A model generated the notes under the pieces. The model worked only from the letters and a program-made list of their open reading frames with translations. It did no database searches and was not told the DNA's origin. A DNA stretch of 64,000 nt from Blasia pusilla (taxonomy: Eukaryota), in assembly GCA_050084515.1 (NCBI GenBank), contig CM114271.1, positions 19,964,001 to 20,028,000 on the forward strand, written 5' to 3'. The position numbers and the translations under genes were made by a program. Of this stretch, positions 1 to 13,444 are shown piece after piece (the first letter of the stretch is position 1; each line of letters opens with the position of its first letter).

Positions 1-2761
1 TCTTAGGGAGGATACCGTAAGGCCATGCCACATAGACGTGCACCTTCATATGTGGCTCAACAACAGCCGCCTACTATTACTTGTTGGTTATTTGGTAGAG
101 CCCATCATCAGCGCGATTGCACTCGTCAAGATCATGGACGTGTGCCTCAGCATGGAGGAGGAGATGGTGCTGCACCAGGAGGTTATCAGTGTGACTATTG
201 TCAGAGGTATGGTCATACACGCTCTAGGTGTTTCAATTTACATCCTGAGTTACGTCCGGACCAAGGGCAGAGAGGGCACTAGAGCGAGTAGCCGGCTCGG
301 GTGGGCCTAGAGATCATGCACCGGGTGGTTCCGTTGGGGGACGAGGAGTTGGAGTTGCCCAACATGGTGGTGAAGCTGCCCGTGGAGGAGGTAGAGTACC
401 ACCACCTAGACGCGGCGAGGGAGACGTTGGACATGAGGCTGGGATGGCTGCTCAGATACAGCAGTTACAAGAGCAGATTGTTGCAATAGCATTGAGGTTT
501 CCCGATGCCGGATTCATGGCATCGACATCATATGGAGCAGCCAGAGATATGGAGGATCCTGGTTGGATGTGCGGGGTTGCCCAGATGGAGGCCGCCGCAG
601 TTGTGACGCGTGGAGCAGCGGTAGAGTTGGATCCACATCGAGGGGAAGCTAGAAAAAATAGGCTAGGCTTCCTTAGTTTTCACGTTGTCCGAAGCGATGA
701 GGACCCCATCGATGGGTCCTCATCAAAGTTCCTGGAGAGTTGGTGATGTTGTTGGTGTGTAGGCACGGAGGGCAATGGGAGAAGCGAGTGGGACGACTCC
801 TATTGTTGATGCTCATGAGGGGCATGTGTCGAGCACGTTGTTGGGGGCGACCACCATTGTGTACCGCACTCCTTTATTTTCTGCTTCCGATGTTATGACG
901 TTGGGGGGTATGCTTGCCAAGGCTTTTTGGCTAGCTGCTTCACTATGTGAGCGCCGAGTTGGAGTTCCTACATCACGTTCAGAGGTGATTGCAGAGGAGG
1001 TGATGGACCTGCCCTTGGAGCGGATGCTCGGGCCATCCACGTCAGATTCATGGCAGGTTGCGGCTGTTAGGATGGTGGAGATGCCCGCTAGACGCGCGAT
1101 AGGGCTTGCCATGGCTTCTCCTGATGTTGTGTTGCTGGATAACCGAGGAGAGGTCTTCCAATTGGTGAGTCTTAGAGATAGAGCTTTTAGTCTGCAACAC
1201 GTCTTGTTGGATTTAGGAGCGCAACCCCTGATGTTGGGGAAAGCGTCATTGAGAGGATTGGGCTTGACGAGAGCCGATGTGGAGCGTTGTCCATTCTGGA
1301 TACAGACATGCTTGGGTGGAGCGAGTACCACACAGTATATCACCCGGCAGGAGGTTGTGGTGAGGATTCTCCGGGATATCCTACAGATGAGTCCGTGGTG
1401 CGAGCCAAGGCGATAGTGACTGATGTAGAGTCCTACGACGTCTTGGTTGGTGGAGTAGTGTTATACTCGATGGGGTTTGCCCTGGGTTATTGGGAGGAGT
1501 AAGCGTCCTACAGACCAGGATGGCAGTTAGGTGATGGGCGCCTTAGCTCATTACCTGTTCGATTCACAAGTGTAATAATCGAGCAACGGCCACGAGAGGT
1601 GGCGACCTTAGCAGCACTTAGCAGTGCCATCACTTGGCCTAGTGATTTGATTGAGGGATATGTCCATGCAGAGGATACTCCCATTCCTGATATTACTATG
1701 GAGAGGAGTGTTATGGTAGCCGCATCATTCCGTGGAGGAGAGGTGCAATTGTGGGGCTCGATTGAGGAGCTTCGACGATTGGTAGATGAGCACGTGCAGA
1801 CCGTGTGAAGCAAGGCGTTTTCACCGGAGCGTGATGGGGCTGAGGAACTCGAGATAGCAGGGAGTGCTACGATGACACCCTTGGATACCACACCCATTGT
1901 GTGGTGTATCCGGGAGGAGAGTATTTGAGTGTTAGATCTCTTTGGAGGGATTAGCACCGGGTTAGCTGCTCTTATGCAGGCAAGAGTGCAAGTGCAGCAG
2001 TTGTTGTATGTGGAGAGTGATGATGTTGTGAGGCGCGTCTCACTACAACATGTGGCGCAGTTAAGCCTATGTTTTCCCGACTTATGGTCTACGACCACGG
2101 TACCGGGGTACTAGAGTTCCCTACCGAGGGATATTTCGTTGTTGGGGACGCAGGTGTTAGAGCGGGTAGGGACCATTGATTTGGTCATTGCCGGTAGGCC
2201 ATGGCAAGGCCAATCGAGTGCTGGACGAGGCAACGGGTTGGCTGACACTCGGTCCAGGTTGTTTTGGGAGATGTTGAGGGTCTTACGGCAGTTGGAGGAG
2301 CATCAGTCTCATTCTCCAGCCTAAATTCTAGAGGATGTGCCAATCTTATGAGACTCCACGTCATGGGTGGTAACGAGTGCTCATCACATGCGTGCCTGGA
2401 TCGGCCCAACAGTGTTCTTGGATGCAACGAGTGTAGGTTCTAGAGCCCATCGTCCGCGTCTTTGGTGGACCAACTTGGTGCCCCATGCGGTGTTACGGAA
2501 GGCGTATGCGAGAGTGGAATGCCCCTCCTATTTGTTAGTGGATTCCATTCTGGATCCAGCTCGTCGATCATAGGCAGTGAGGCACGATGATCGACCACCG
2601 TTGACTGTGGTCAATAGGGTAGGAAGGCCGCGGGCAGCCTTGCCCACGGCCTGCCTACTTTATTTTTCTCACTTCCTATGCATACAAGGTGGTCGGTCCT
2701 GGCTTGGTTTGGGATGACGAGGTTCAACGGTTGATGGAGCCCAATGCCGACAAGAGAGAGT
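1..2761 (+). mobile_element. Ty3/gypsy LTR retrotransposon fragment A (Gag C-terminus, protease, N-terminal part of C5 DNA methyltransferase), decayed
   Basis: Zinc knuckle CDYCQRYGHTRSRC (~190-230). Retropepsin motif VLLDLGAQPLMLG (~1200-1240). MTase motif I VLDLFGGISTG (1929), IV DLVIAGRPWQG (~2178), VI ILEDV (~2325), VIII GSRAHRPRLWWTNL (~2437). Many stops and frameshifts. Ends abruptly at EPNADKRE. Confidence 0.9.
1920..2761 (+). pseudogene. Retrotransposon-borne DNMT3-like cytosine-5 methyltransferase domain (copy A, truncated in motif IX)
   Basis: Motifs I, IV, VI and VIII in canonical order, plus GLADTRSRLFWEMLRVL, similar to the DNMT3 segment after motif IV. Catalytic PC changed to PW. 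Confidence 0.88.
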
Positions 2762-3045
2762 TGTCGTGCGAATCCACATCGTCATGCAACATACATCGCT
2801 GACATACCATACTCACATACATACATAACATAACATAAACAAGAGCATACACAAACACAAGTGTACCACAACTCGCCCCCCTAACTGGCGGTTAGGTCCC
2901 TCTAACTCCTAGGTAGCCCTATACATCTACTACATGTTATACACGTTCGTGGATGCACGAATCAGAAGGCCAGATGCTCGGTTGCCCCATCGTAAGTTGC
3001 ACATCTGTAATCCATATCATGCAAAGATCAAGTCATCTACCTCTC

Positions 3046-3200
3046 CTAAGTACATCGAGGAAAAACCCACCTTTCAGTAGGAACAACATCCATACGTGGA
3101 GTAAAACACATCATGTGCCAACCCCTAGAATACCGATCACACACCAACATACGGGTTGCGGTACTAGCAGACCCACACAACATGCACCTCAAGCTAGCGT
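3046..3200 (-). pseudogene. PHD finger at the integrase C-terminus (copy B)
   Basis: CMLC-x11-CDRY-x3-WH-x2-C...WVFPRC*. C4HC3 spacing with two decayed ligands, both intact in copy C. Confidence 0.8.
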
Positions 3201-6200
3201 GTATCATGGCTAAGCTTGGGTCAACATTACCATCCACATTTGGAAGATGACATGGCGCACAATTACGCACATGGTCCTTCCAAACAACTCCATCACGACC
3301 CTCCAACATGAGAACTCCAGAAGCTAACCTCTTGCACTCGTAAAATAGTGCGGCCTGCCGTCACATCCAACGTTGTCGGTTCAATCTGTTGCAAATAGAC
3401 ATAGTCCCCCATATGGAACCTACGAATCGATGGTTGATAACCTCCATCCCAAATGGTTGTATACCGCAACGTATCCCTATGTTGAGCAATGGCAAGATTC
3501 TCAAAGGCTGTTGGCATAACTCTCCGAAAGAGCTCTGCCCGCTGAGAAAACACTCTCATCCACATATTTAGGTCATCAAGGTTCACCACCTCACTAGACT
3601 CTTGACGAATTGCTACTGACAAGTCTGGATCTTGGCCGTATAACAGAAAATAAGGTGAGAAGGAAGCCAAGGATACTTGGCAACTGAACCTATACCCCAT
3701 GGCTAACCATGGCAACTAAATATCCTAGTCTCCAAGATGCCCCTTCTGTAGGCTATACTTGCGCAAGGCCCTCTTCACCGTGTGAACCACACGCTCACCC
3801 AAACCATCCGCCTCTGGATGATCTCGAGACGTGGTCCGATGATCAATCAACGCCTTGTCACACAAGACCTGAAACTCTGTATCCTGGTCGGTCAGCACTT
3901 CAGCTCGTGCACCAATATGACTAAGCACTCTATCAAGAAACGTATACGCCGTTCCCTCACTTGTCTTGTCATGTAATGCCAACAACTCAATCTACTTTGA
4001 GGAGTGCTCCACCATCACCAACACATATCGATGATGTCGTACAGTCAACGGTAACGGTCCCGTAAAGTCCACACTCCAACGGTAACCCAACCCCATAATA
4101 GGCAAGGGGTGTAACTATGGTGTAGGGGCATTGAATGATGCCCTCACCCGGTCACAAACCATACAACGTGACACCAACTGCTGCAATTGAGTATGCATGC
4201 CACGCCACCAATACTGACCAAGGAGTAAGCTATAACATACGTTTTATCCCAAAATGTCCCAACTCCTCATGGGCATGTAACACAATGCACTCTCTCTGAG
4301 CCAAATGCCACACTACTCGTACTCTACCATCCTCCCACATACGGAGAATATGTGTTCCCTCCAATCGATACCTCTTAGCTCGTTGAAGAACACGATCTCG
4401 CTCCTTGGCACTCACTATGCGTGGCACCCTACTGGTCCGTATGAACTCCAACACCAACGCATCATCATGAATATCACGTTGATCCGTACCACCATCTCCA
4501 ACCTTAGGATCTGAAGGCTGGCCATCTACCCTCTAACTAGAGTAAGATGTCATGTGGTCCCCCATACTAGAGTCCACCCCTAACCAACATAAAAAGGCGG
4601 ATGCATGCCAACCTGGCACCATCTCCTCATCAACCTCGCCATGCCATCTAGCCTAGTTGCATCCTCTTGGCTAGTACATGGGTTCCTACTCAACCCATCA
4701 GCATCAAGGTTGGCAACTCCAGGTCTATGTACCACCTGGAAGTCATACTCCTGTAAGATAACAGCCCACCGTGCAAGCTTCCCTATAAGCTTGTCAGACT
4801 CCATCAACCACTTGAGCGGCTGGTGATCATTAACAAGGGTAAATTGTGTGCCAAACAAGTAACACCTAAAGTGTGCCACAACCCACACTACTGCCAAGCA
4901 CTCTCCCTCATATGAACTGAAGCGCAACTCCGTTGCATTATTCGAATGACTTGCATAGGCCACCACAAACTCCATGTGCTCATCATCATGTTGTGTCAAC
5001 AACGCTCTAAGTCCCAACCTACTCCAATCAGTGTGTAACTGAAATGGGCACCCTCTGATAGGTCTCCTCAAGATAGGCGCCGTCACCAACTGGGCCTTGA
5101 GCTCCACAAAAGCTCTCTCTTGATCATCTCCCCAGTGCCACTCCTGATATGATTTCATCAATTGGTTCAAAGGCTTTGCCATAATACTAAATCCCTTCAC
5201 ATATCTTCGATAGTAGTTGCCAATCCCATGAATGCCCAAACTCTATTCACATCTACCGGATGAGGAATAAGTGCAATAGCCTCCACCTTTGCTTGCTGAA
5301 CTCCCAAACCACCTGGATATATCACATGACCCAAGTACTCAACATCCTCATGGAAGAACTTACACTTTCTTGGATGCAAACGTAGACCATGAGCTTTCAA
5401 CCGCTCAAACACAATCTGCAAATGTATCTGATGCTCCTCCACGGTATTACTGAACACCAAGATATCATCAATGTAACACCGAACAAAATCCAACCCTACT
5501 AGGATCCTGTCCATCACTCTCTGAAACTTGGTAGGTGCATTCTTCAACCCAAAGGATAAGAATTTCCACAAGTACAAACAATCCTTGCCATGAGAGTTGA
5601 CACCCCAAATGCTGTCTTGGCCTTGTCACTCTCTCGAATTGGCAACTGATGGTATCCTGCCCGAAGAACCAAAGTACTCAAAATCTTTGCTTGTCCCACC
5701 ACATCAAAGATCTCCTCAGGTGTAGGCATGGCATACCTATTGGCCTTAGTCTGCCGATTGATAGGACGGTAATCTCCACACATCCGCGTATCCGTGAAGT
5801 TGTCCTGCACATCCTTTTAAGCAGGCATGATAGTGGCTGATGCATACTCTCCATGCGACAACTCCACTAATCTAGCCTTCAAAAGGTCCAACGTCCTACT
5901 CTGAATCAGGTCCTTCTCCATATCACTATATCGGTAGGGATGACGGAAGATTGGCGAATCACTAGCCAAATCAATCCGTATACCGCGTCCAACCAAAGCA
6001 TCCAACTCCTTCATGCTAAAGGCAAAACAACTCCTATAAACACGTAGGAATTGTGTCAAGCGTCGTTTCTCACCTCCCGTAAGTTTGGGCCCAAGTAATG
6101 GCTCACAAGTCTCCTCCACTGACACACTAGAGGGAGAGGACGATGCCATTGGCTGCTACGCAATCCCCTCACAAGATGGTACACTCTTAGCTACATCATC

Positions 6201-6399
6201 ATCTGAGCAAATAACTCCTCCACCATCATGAGCAACCAACTCCACATGCCCAGCCATTACATCCCATTTACTCCAAGGATGCAAAATACTACTCTCCTCG
6301 CCCCCAGCCAATGCCTCTAGCGTCCCGGTAGCCATCGAGCTCATCACAAGGGGTGGAAGACCCACAGACATTGTCCGAAGTCGACGTTGCTCGGCCATA

Positions 6400-7340
6400 C
6401 CAAGACTCAAAATTCAAGTCAAAAAATTAAGGTCCATGGCCTGACCCAACACATGACGTCGTGAAGCCTCAGAAATGGAAGCAACCGTTGTCACACCAGT
6501 AGCAAATCCCATCGCACGCTCTCTCTCAACAACGTTAGGCTCCACCAACTGTCGCACATGAGAATCCCATACAAGCGCGAGACCACCTTCCCTGTAGGCA
6601 TGTGACGAGGGAAAACTCATAAATGTGGGTAGTGCCATCCTAGGCTGCCCCACACGGTTCACCACTGCCATGGGTGACCGATCAATAACCCTCATCACCT
6701 GAGAAAGTCGCCCTGTATCCAAGATACTATCCCTTTGTAAAGGCAAGGATCCCGCCAGACCTTTGCATCATATGCTTGACGTAGAACCTCCCTAGGCAAC
6801 AAGTTTATCCACCACAAGCGTGGACGATGTGCACGCGAGCCAACTCACAACACCGCTGGTCCAATCCAAGACTGCACCTCATGAACACTCGCCATCATCC
6901 GGGTCCGAGTATCACCCAACAATGGAACATTCTTCGGAATGTAAGTTGGAGCACGTGCCTGATGAACCTAAAGATATCGTAACACCCGTAACATCTCCCA
7001 AAACAATCGAGATGTAGGGTCGTGTAATCCCTCACCACGACCAACACGTGTATGACCCTGACATGGCCATCCAACAATCACCAAATCCTCGGGACCAACC
7101 CTCTCAAGGCCTTGCGCCCCCAACAATGCAATGTGTGACGGCAAAGCACGTTGGTACCCACAAATAGCTGATGGCGGAAATAACTCAAGATATCTCCGCA
7201 TCAATTGACCAATATGTCGGGATGAGACTCTCTGGACCGTCTCATCTCGCTCCATATACACGCACAGGAATACCGGCCTGCAACACTGCAGCCAAACCAG
7301 TGCTAATCCCACCAAAGAGATCTAACACACAAATGCCCTC
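6400..7340 (-). pseudogene. Retrotransposon-borne DNMT3-like cytosine-5 methyltransferase domain (copy B, full motif set I-X)
   Basis: I VLDLFGGISTGLAAVLQAG; IV DLVIVGWPCQG (catalytic PC intact); GLHDPTSRLFWEMLRVL; degenerate VI YIPKNV; VIII SRAHRPRLWWINL; IX/X ERERAMGFATGVT...SRRHVLGQAMDLN. Frameshifted. Confidence 0.9.
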
Positions 7341-9469
7341 CGGCGGATACTGCAATACAATGGGTGTAGTATCCAAAGGGAATAACCCAACTGGACGAGA
7401 AGTAGGAGTCCGCCGTGGGGCCTCCTCTTCCTCGTGAGGTATAACAGCCTCACACCAAGCCTCCTGCACTAGGCGATCAGCCTCTTGCCATAGTGCACCG
7501 CCTGAACTCCAAAGTGGCACATCCAACGATGAGGACGCCACTGCTGCAAAACTAGGGACCTCCTCATGCACGGGAGAATCCATAGTAGAAACATTACCCT
7601 CCAAAAAGTCTCCTGGCCAAGTGACTTCTCCACTAAAACCAGCCATAGATGCTAACACCGTTGGGGAAGACCCTCTTGATCGAGCGCCATAAATAAATCT
7701 CACAGGAACCTGGCTCATACGTCCATCCCCGGACTGCCAACTAGGTCTATAAGACGTTGTCTCAATCTAGTAGTCCATCTGAAAACCCATCGGGTACAAT
7801 ACTGCTCCTCCAACTAGTATATCATACGACTCGGATGATGTGACCACTCCAGGGACTCCCAACCGGGAGCTATCAGTCGCATGATCTGGTCTCAACTGTA
7901 CATACAACTTCTCTCGTGTCATGAATTGAGACCTATCATTGGCTCCTCCAAGTGATATTTGATTCTGGAATGGGCAAGGCTCAAGCTCTGACCTTCGAAT
8001 ATCCAAACCAATACATGTCGCCTTTCCCAACATCAAAGGTTGGGCACCAGAGTCTAACAAGACTCTACCTGGTCCATACACTTGTCCTGTAGGACTCACC
8101 AATCGGAATATCCCACTCCGGTTGTCCAACATACATACACCAGGTGTAAGCCTCTCACGATCAATGGATGGCCGGGCTGGTAATGCATCCATCTTCGCCG
8201 CTGCTGCCTGCCAAGTAGCACTGGTACTCAATGCTACACCTGACATAGAGGGTCGCTCCATTGCAACACCCTCATCCACCTCAGCACGTGTAGCAGTAAC
8301 ACCTCCACGTTCACACAACGTGACTGCTAGCTGAAATACATGAGCTAAGTCAACTCCTAAAGCCATCAGCTCCGTGGCCGAAACCAATTGGGATCCCAAC
8401 AATGAAGTTGCCATCCGCAATATTGCATTGGATGCTGCATCCGTGTCTACTACACGCGATGTAGATGCCTCAGTCCCCACTGTAGGCTCAATAGGCTGCG
8501 TAGGAACCATGGATGGAGTCCTAAGCACCTCGACAACAAGATTGATTGGGGAAGCCTAGCCTGCCTCCCAGCCCTCACCCCTCTGTGGATCCAACTCCAC
8601 AGTAGCACCACGTGGCTCTGACGCTCGAGTGGCTCCTCTTGTAACTGCAGCTGATGCCTCAACCTCTGTTGCACTCGCCATATAAGAGAGATCATCCCCT
8701 CCATAAGAGGTGGAAGCCCCTACTCCCAAACCTGATCTATGCTGGGTACCAGCAATAGTAGCAAACTTCTGCTCCAACTGCTCAATCATGGCAGCCATAG
8801 CTGACTTTGTCGTAGTGGTAGGGGTAGCCACCGTAGGCTCTCCAACCACTGGTCCACCTCTACCGCCCCTACCACCTCGGCCCCTCGGAGCTACTCCACC
8901 ACGGCCGCGGCCTAATCTCAACTCTGGATGAAGATCAAAGCAACGCTCTCGAGGATGACCTGGTCTCCCGCAATGATCACACTGAGTTGGGGCCGACTAA
9001 GGCCCATCCTCCAAAGTCCATCTCCCATCCTCTTGGGGATAAAACCTCCTAACATGATCAGCTCCACATGTCCAACATGACTGTCCTTGCTACGGGGCAG
9101 CAAATGAAGGCAATGGTCTCTACGCAAGTGTCCCTCTAGGACCTAACTGAGGTCGTGTGTATCCCCACGACTCCCACTACTACTACCACCACCACTACTA
9201 CAAGACTGTGAGGTGGACTACTGAACACGAGAAGTAGTAGTTGTATCCCTACTGAATGCGGATGTCACCACCCATGAGCTTGGCCCCTTCTTGGAGTAAC
9301 CATGAAGGTAAAAATAAGTTTTACTTCTTGTCAAAAAAGAAATGAAATTGTTAAGTATCTCTTCAGAAGGAGTTGAATGGTTGAATAAAAAATCAATTTC
9401 ATTACATAAATAAACCTTGTAAGAAGACATGGAAAGTTACAAGGGTTTTACCTCCTTCCCTTCTAAGAA

Positions 9470-10790
9470 GGGAAGGAGGTAAAAAATGTTTTAAAAAAAA
9501 GACAAAATGCCAACACTAAAAACAACACGACAAGTTGCGCGATTAATCATTTGAAATAAATACGACATACACACTAGTGGTTGGAAAGATGTGAATGGAT
9601 AATGAGAGGTGTGGCCACACACCATTTGGGATCAACGTATTAGCGCCAATACTTTTGCACGTTATAATGTCATCATGATACATTATAGATAATAAGTACT
9701 AACAACGAAAAGAGAAGACTACAGGAAGAGCCAGTTGATGATTATGGAGGGAGTGGCGAGTACATGTTTTCACAAATATATGAAAAAACATATGCATTTG
9801 GCCAAATAAATTTCACTTCAAAAATGATAAAGTCATTGATTGCAAGTCTCACCACATAAGTTGACTCCTCAATTCTTGCTACTATATTGACCATGAAACC
9901 TTTAGTGTGTATAACTTGACACAACAAGTTAGAATTATAGGATAAAAAACCATGGTACCATTCAATAGTCGGAAGCCACTCAAGACATGAGTAAATCAAC
10001 TTGTTGACGAGATGTTGGTTGTGTAATAGAAGGTAGGATAAGTAGTTTTGAATTCTCTTGCCCAACAATGCACTATTAAATATGACCCTCTAATGCTCTA
10101 ATCACATAATGGGTTCTCGGTTTGTTCCCCATCACGTGCACACCAAAGAAGTTGCAAAGAATACTAGAAAAGTTGATTTTGTGAGAATTCTTGTAGATAA
10201 GCTTTTGAATTCAATCTAGAACTTTTGTAATGAACAGAATGAAAAACAATACATATAATTGTTTACGTAGCAAGAGGAAGAAGTGCTTGGGCAGATCTTA
10301 ACTATTTTTTTAACAACCGATCACTCCTTGATATGGGCTTCATTATCTGTCAAATTTCCTTTAGATACATTATAGTCAATATTTGCACAACCAAAGCCCA
10401 ACTTCTTAAAAAGTTATTCGTTACCTTGGAGCAAGGAAAATCCCTTGCCTCCAAAATAAATGGACAAGATACTTTATTACGAAGAAAGAAATCATTGTCT
10501 CTATCAAAAGTATTAGGACCAAGAATTATACTAAACGTTGTCATAATAGAAGTGTTGCAAGAAGCCAACCAATATGAGAACTCTTAGGTTAAATGAAAAT
10601 GCATCTAGAGAGGGTAGGAAGGATGTAAAAAAAAGTGTATCGATAAAGAAACCCATAAGCCACTTAGGAGCTCCCTAAATGATTAACATAAGAAACCATT
10701 CTATATCTTTCAAAATGGCCTCCTCTAAGATCTTGAATATTTAATCTATGAAGCCAATTTTTTCCCTCAATTTCATAACCAAACTCGCAC
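9470..10790 (-). mobile_element. Highly degenerate 3' part of the CRE-type non-LTR retrotransposon
   Basis: Colinear nucleotide similarity to 21430-22950, e.g. 10006 gacgagatgttggttgtgtaatagaaggtagga vs 21976 gacgagaggttgcttgtgtggttgaaggtagga, and 10694 aaccattctatatctttcaaaa vs 22888 agccattccacgtctttcaaaa. Confidence 0.75.
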
Positions 10791-12671
10791 CAATACAAAA
10801 TATCAAAGCTCTAGTGGGCTAACAATAAAATAGAAACACCTCGCGGCTTGAAGAGTGAGACATGAGTTATGGAAGCGAGATGCAAGCTTTAACAATTGTC
10901 TCAAAGGTTGATGGTCGTGACCTAGAAGAGCATGATATAATGCAAGTTGGAACTTGAGAAGAACTAAAGTCTTAGAAGAGCTCGACTTCAATGAGTATGA
11001 AACCTAGCTAGGATCCTAAGTAAGTTTTTGGTGGCTTTCATATTTGAGGTCACAATACATTGGCCCACGATGCGTTTGGGATAAAGAAGGCGACGTTGGA
11101 AGGCTTGTGAGAAGTCAATTCAAACGCACAAAAGATATTGAAAAAACACATATAAAAGTTCTTAAATGGGCCTACAACTGTCAAAATGAGAGTTTGGGTG
11201 AACGGCCAAAAGAAGTAGCCCAAGAAGAATTCCTTAGACAAAGGAAGGAGGGAAATTTCATCTTGAATAGCTAAGTCTACAACACCCACACCAGTGGAGA
11301 TGCGGGAAGTGAGTTAAAATTTAGGGTCCAAGGAGGAAAACCTTGGTGTGACCCACCAAAGTCGAAACCTAGGCTAGCTAGTTGTGAGACTAGGTGGGCG
11401 AGATGCCACAAGACTAGTCATGAAACGTGAAGGGTGGCAAGAAAACCTTATATGATATATCAATTTGCGAGTTGGCATGGGCACTAGCCATAGGACACAT
11501 GAGTCCAAGCTCCAAGATATGTTTGGGGATCAAAGAGTTTTATAATTTGGGCAAAGCCTCCACCAAACCATCTTGAAGTATAACTAATTAAACATTGGTC
11601 TACGAGTTGCGCACCACATTTGGGTTTAGGGGTTGAGGGCCAAAATTCAAGGTTTGACGGGGAAAATGGGGAAGGTGGGTTACCTATGAGAACCCCAATA
11701 GTACCTATAGGTGGGACACTCTCCATCGCTACCCGCTCAAGTCTTTGAACTAGGAACTATATAACTATGATGAATGTTTGGTTGCATGTGTTCACGCTTG
11801 AGCTAGGGGATACACCTTGAGGAATTAACCAACACGCTTTGGTAAAGATGAGTGACTTGGGGAGATTGGTGAAGGCTTGGAGAAGATATTTCCAAGGGAG
11901 ACAATGCGTACTTGGGGAGACTCGAACCGATTAGCCCTTGGCGGCTTTTCGCCTATCTATGGAAAGTACAATCGGTTAAGTCTTTGGGACTCAATCTAAG
12001 TCTTCAGCTTGCAAAGCTTAAGGTCAAGAGTGCTTTGGGGCATGCATAGAGCTTGCACAAAGATGGCCGGGTATAATAGAAAGTCACACAAACAAAGCTG
12101 AATAGAAAAATATGCTTCGTAACAAATGAAGTAGAGATCAGAATCTATGAAGAATTTCTCTCTAATTATATGTAAGGAGGAGAGTCTTTATAGGAGTCTG
12201 GAACCTGAATCCCAACTTGGAAACCACGAGGATTAAACCAAGGAAATCAAATGGTTTGATAAGTTAGTATTTGGGTTTTGAAACCAAACTTAATCCACAT
12301 GGTATAGGTTTAGAGCTCAACCTCAAACCCTAATCCAAATCTTGAATATTGAGTTCCGACTAAAGTCTCGTTTGAGGTCCTTTGGAGAGTTGGGACTACC
12401 ATGCGCACCAGCGTTGATTAAGGTCCTTAGACTCTTAAGGAAATCTATCCCAAGTGGAGAATGACTTGATATGTTTGGGAGTGAGGGATTAAGTCAACAT
12501 CTTCTGTGTCTAGATGTGTTGAGCTTGAGGGTCGTCCCAAGATTCAATCTCAGAAGGATAAATGATGATTGACCCAAGCCATGGTTAATATTAGTGTGTA
12601 TGGGTACAAATCAATAATAAGGGAAGAAGGTAGGAAACAAGTCAAAAAATTTATGGGATAGAATTTGATAA

Positions 12672-12839
12672 GCTCTTTGAAGATTTCGTAGATAGATTAA
12701 CATATGAAACCATTCTATATGTCGTGTGCATACACATCACAACACAAAATACATCGCTCTTTGGAGATTTCGTAGATAAGGTAACATATGAAACCATTCT
12801 ATATGTCGTGTGCATACACATCACTACATAACATACATC
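12672..12839. repeat. 84-bp tandem duplication spanning a LINE-fragment/LTR junction
   Basis: 12672-12755 and 12756-12839 are near-identical (gctctttg.agatttcgtagata...aaaccattctatatgtcgtgtgcatacacatc). Confidence 0.85.
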
Positions 12840-13444
12840 GCTGTTACCAAACACACACACAAATATCCACGATCCCATGCTAACTCATGGCATCCAAACA
12901 AGGAGACAAGAAGTACCAAAATATCTCCAATAAAGTAAGATCCAATCTCTCTCTACACCATCTCACACCATAGCTCTCAAAGGTGTGCACTCTCTCTTAT
13001 GTCAAACCAAACCCACTCTCCTAATGAGAGGCTTGGGTTACACTCACAAGGCAAGGGACCATAGCGACGCCGCCTTATGCCAAGAGGTTCAACAAAGAGA
13101 GAATGAGCTCCCAAACTTTCTCTCCTTGAGATATACCCCTCCCCTCTCCCAAGCTCTCTCCATGGTAACCTATGCTCACAAGTCATCTCCTTGGCTCTTG
13201 ACCTGATGAATGAGGTTAAGGGCCAATTAACAAAAATAGGAAGTCGAGCACATACTCAAAATGGTACTTACCTAGAATAGTAAGTTCCTAAATATGGCTC
13301 CAAATGAGCCGAAATGAAGGAAAAACCTACTCTCTCAAGTTTCTCGGGGCCTCAATAGGTATTCCTTGACCTTCTGAGCCTGTCCTCCACTACTCACAAA
13401 GGTGCTCTACTAGATCTTACCGATCTATTCTAAGAGACGTGACA
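12804..13444 (-). repeat. LTR (~640 bp) of the DNMT-carrying gypsy family
   Basis: Bounded by tgtc...gaca inverted termini (12804 tgtcgtg; gacgtgaca ending 13444). Lies distal to the integrase-PHD and G-tract of copy C. Confidence 0.7.

Larger units (their letters stand above)
2762..9275 (-). mobile_element. Ty3/gypsy LTR retrotransposon fragment B (Gag C-term, PR, DNMT, RT, RNaseH, INT, PHD, PPT, 3' terminus), decayed
   Basis: Minus strand: knuckle CDHCGRPGHPRERC (~8940-8985), protease VLLDSGAQ (~8060), MTase 6400-7340, RT (RMCGDYRPIN, FGLKNAP, YIDDI; 5200-5950), RNaseH (LHTDWS, DADGLSR; 4670-5050), integrase (HEELGHFG, WSVDFTGP, TDQDTEF; 3300-4280), PHD (3046-3200), G-tract at 2876-2883, TG terminus at 2762. 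Confidence 0.93.

Noticed and set aside
1920-2761. Host DNMT3/DRM gene
   Set aside because: Intronless, embedded between retroviral protease and RT, multi-copy and decayed.
10800-12600. Possible LTR or internal remnant of another retroelement
   Set aside because: No termini, TSD or coding motif could be identified.
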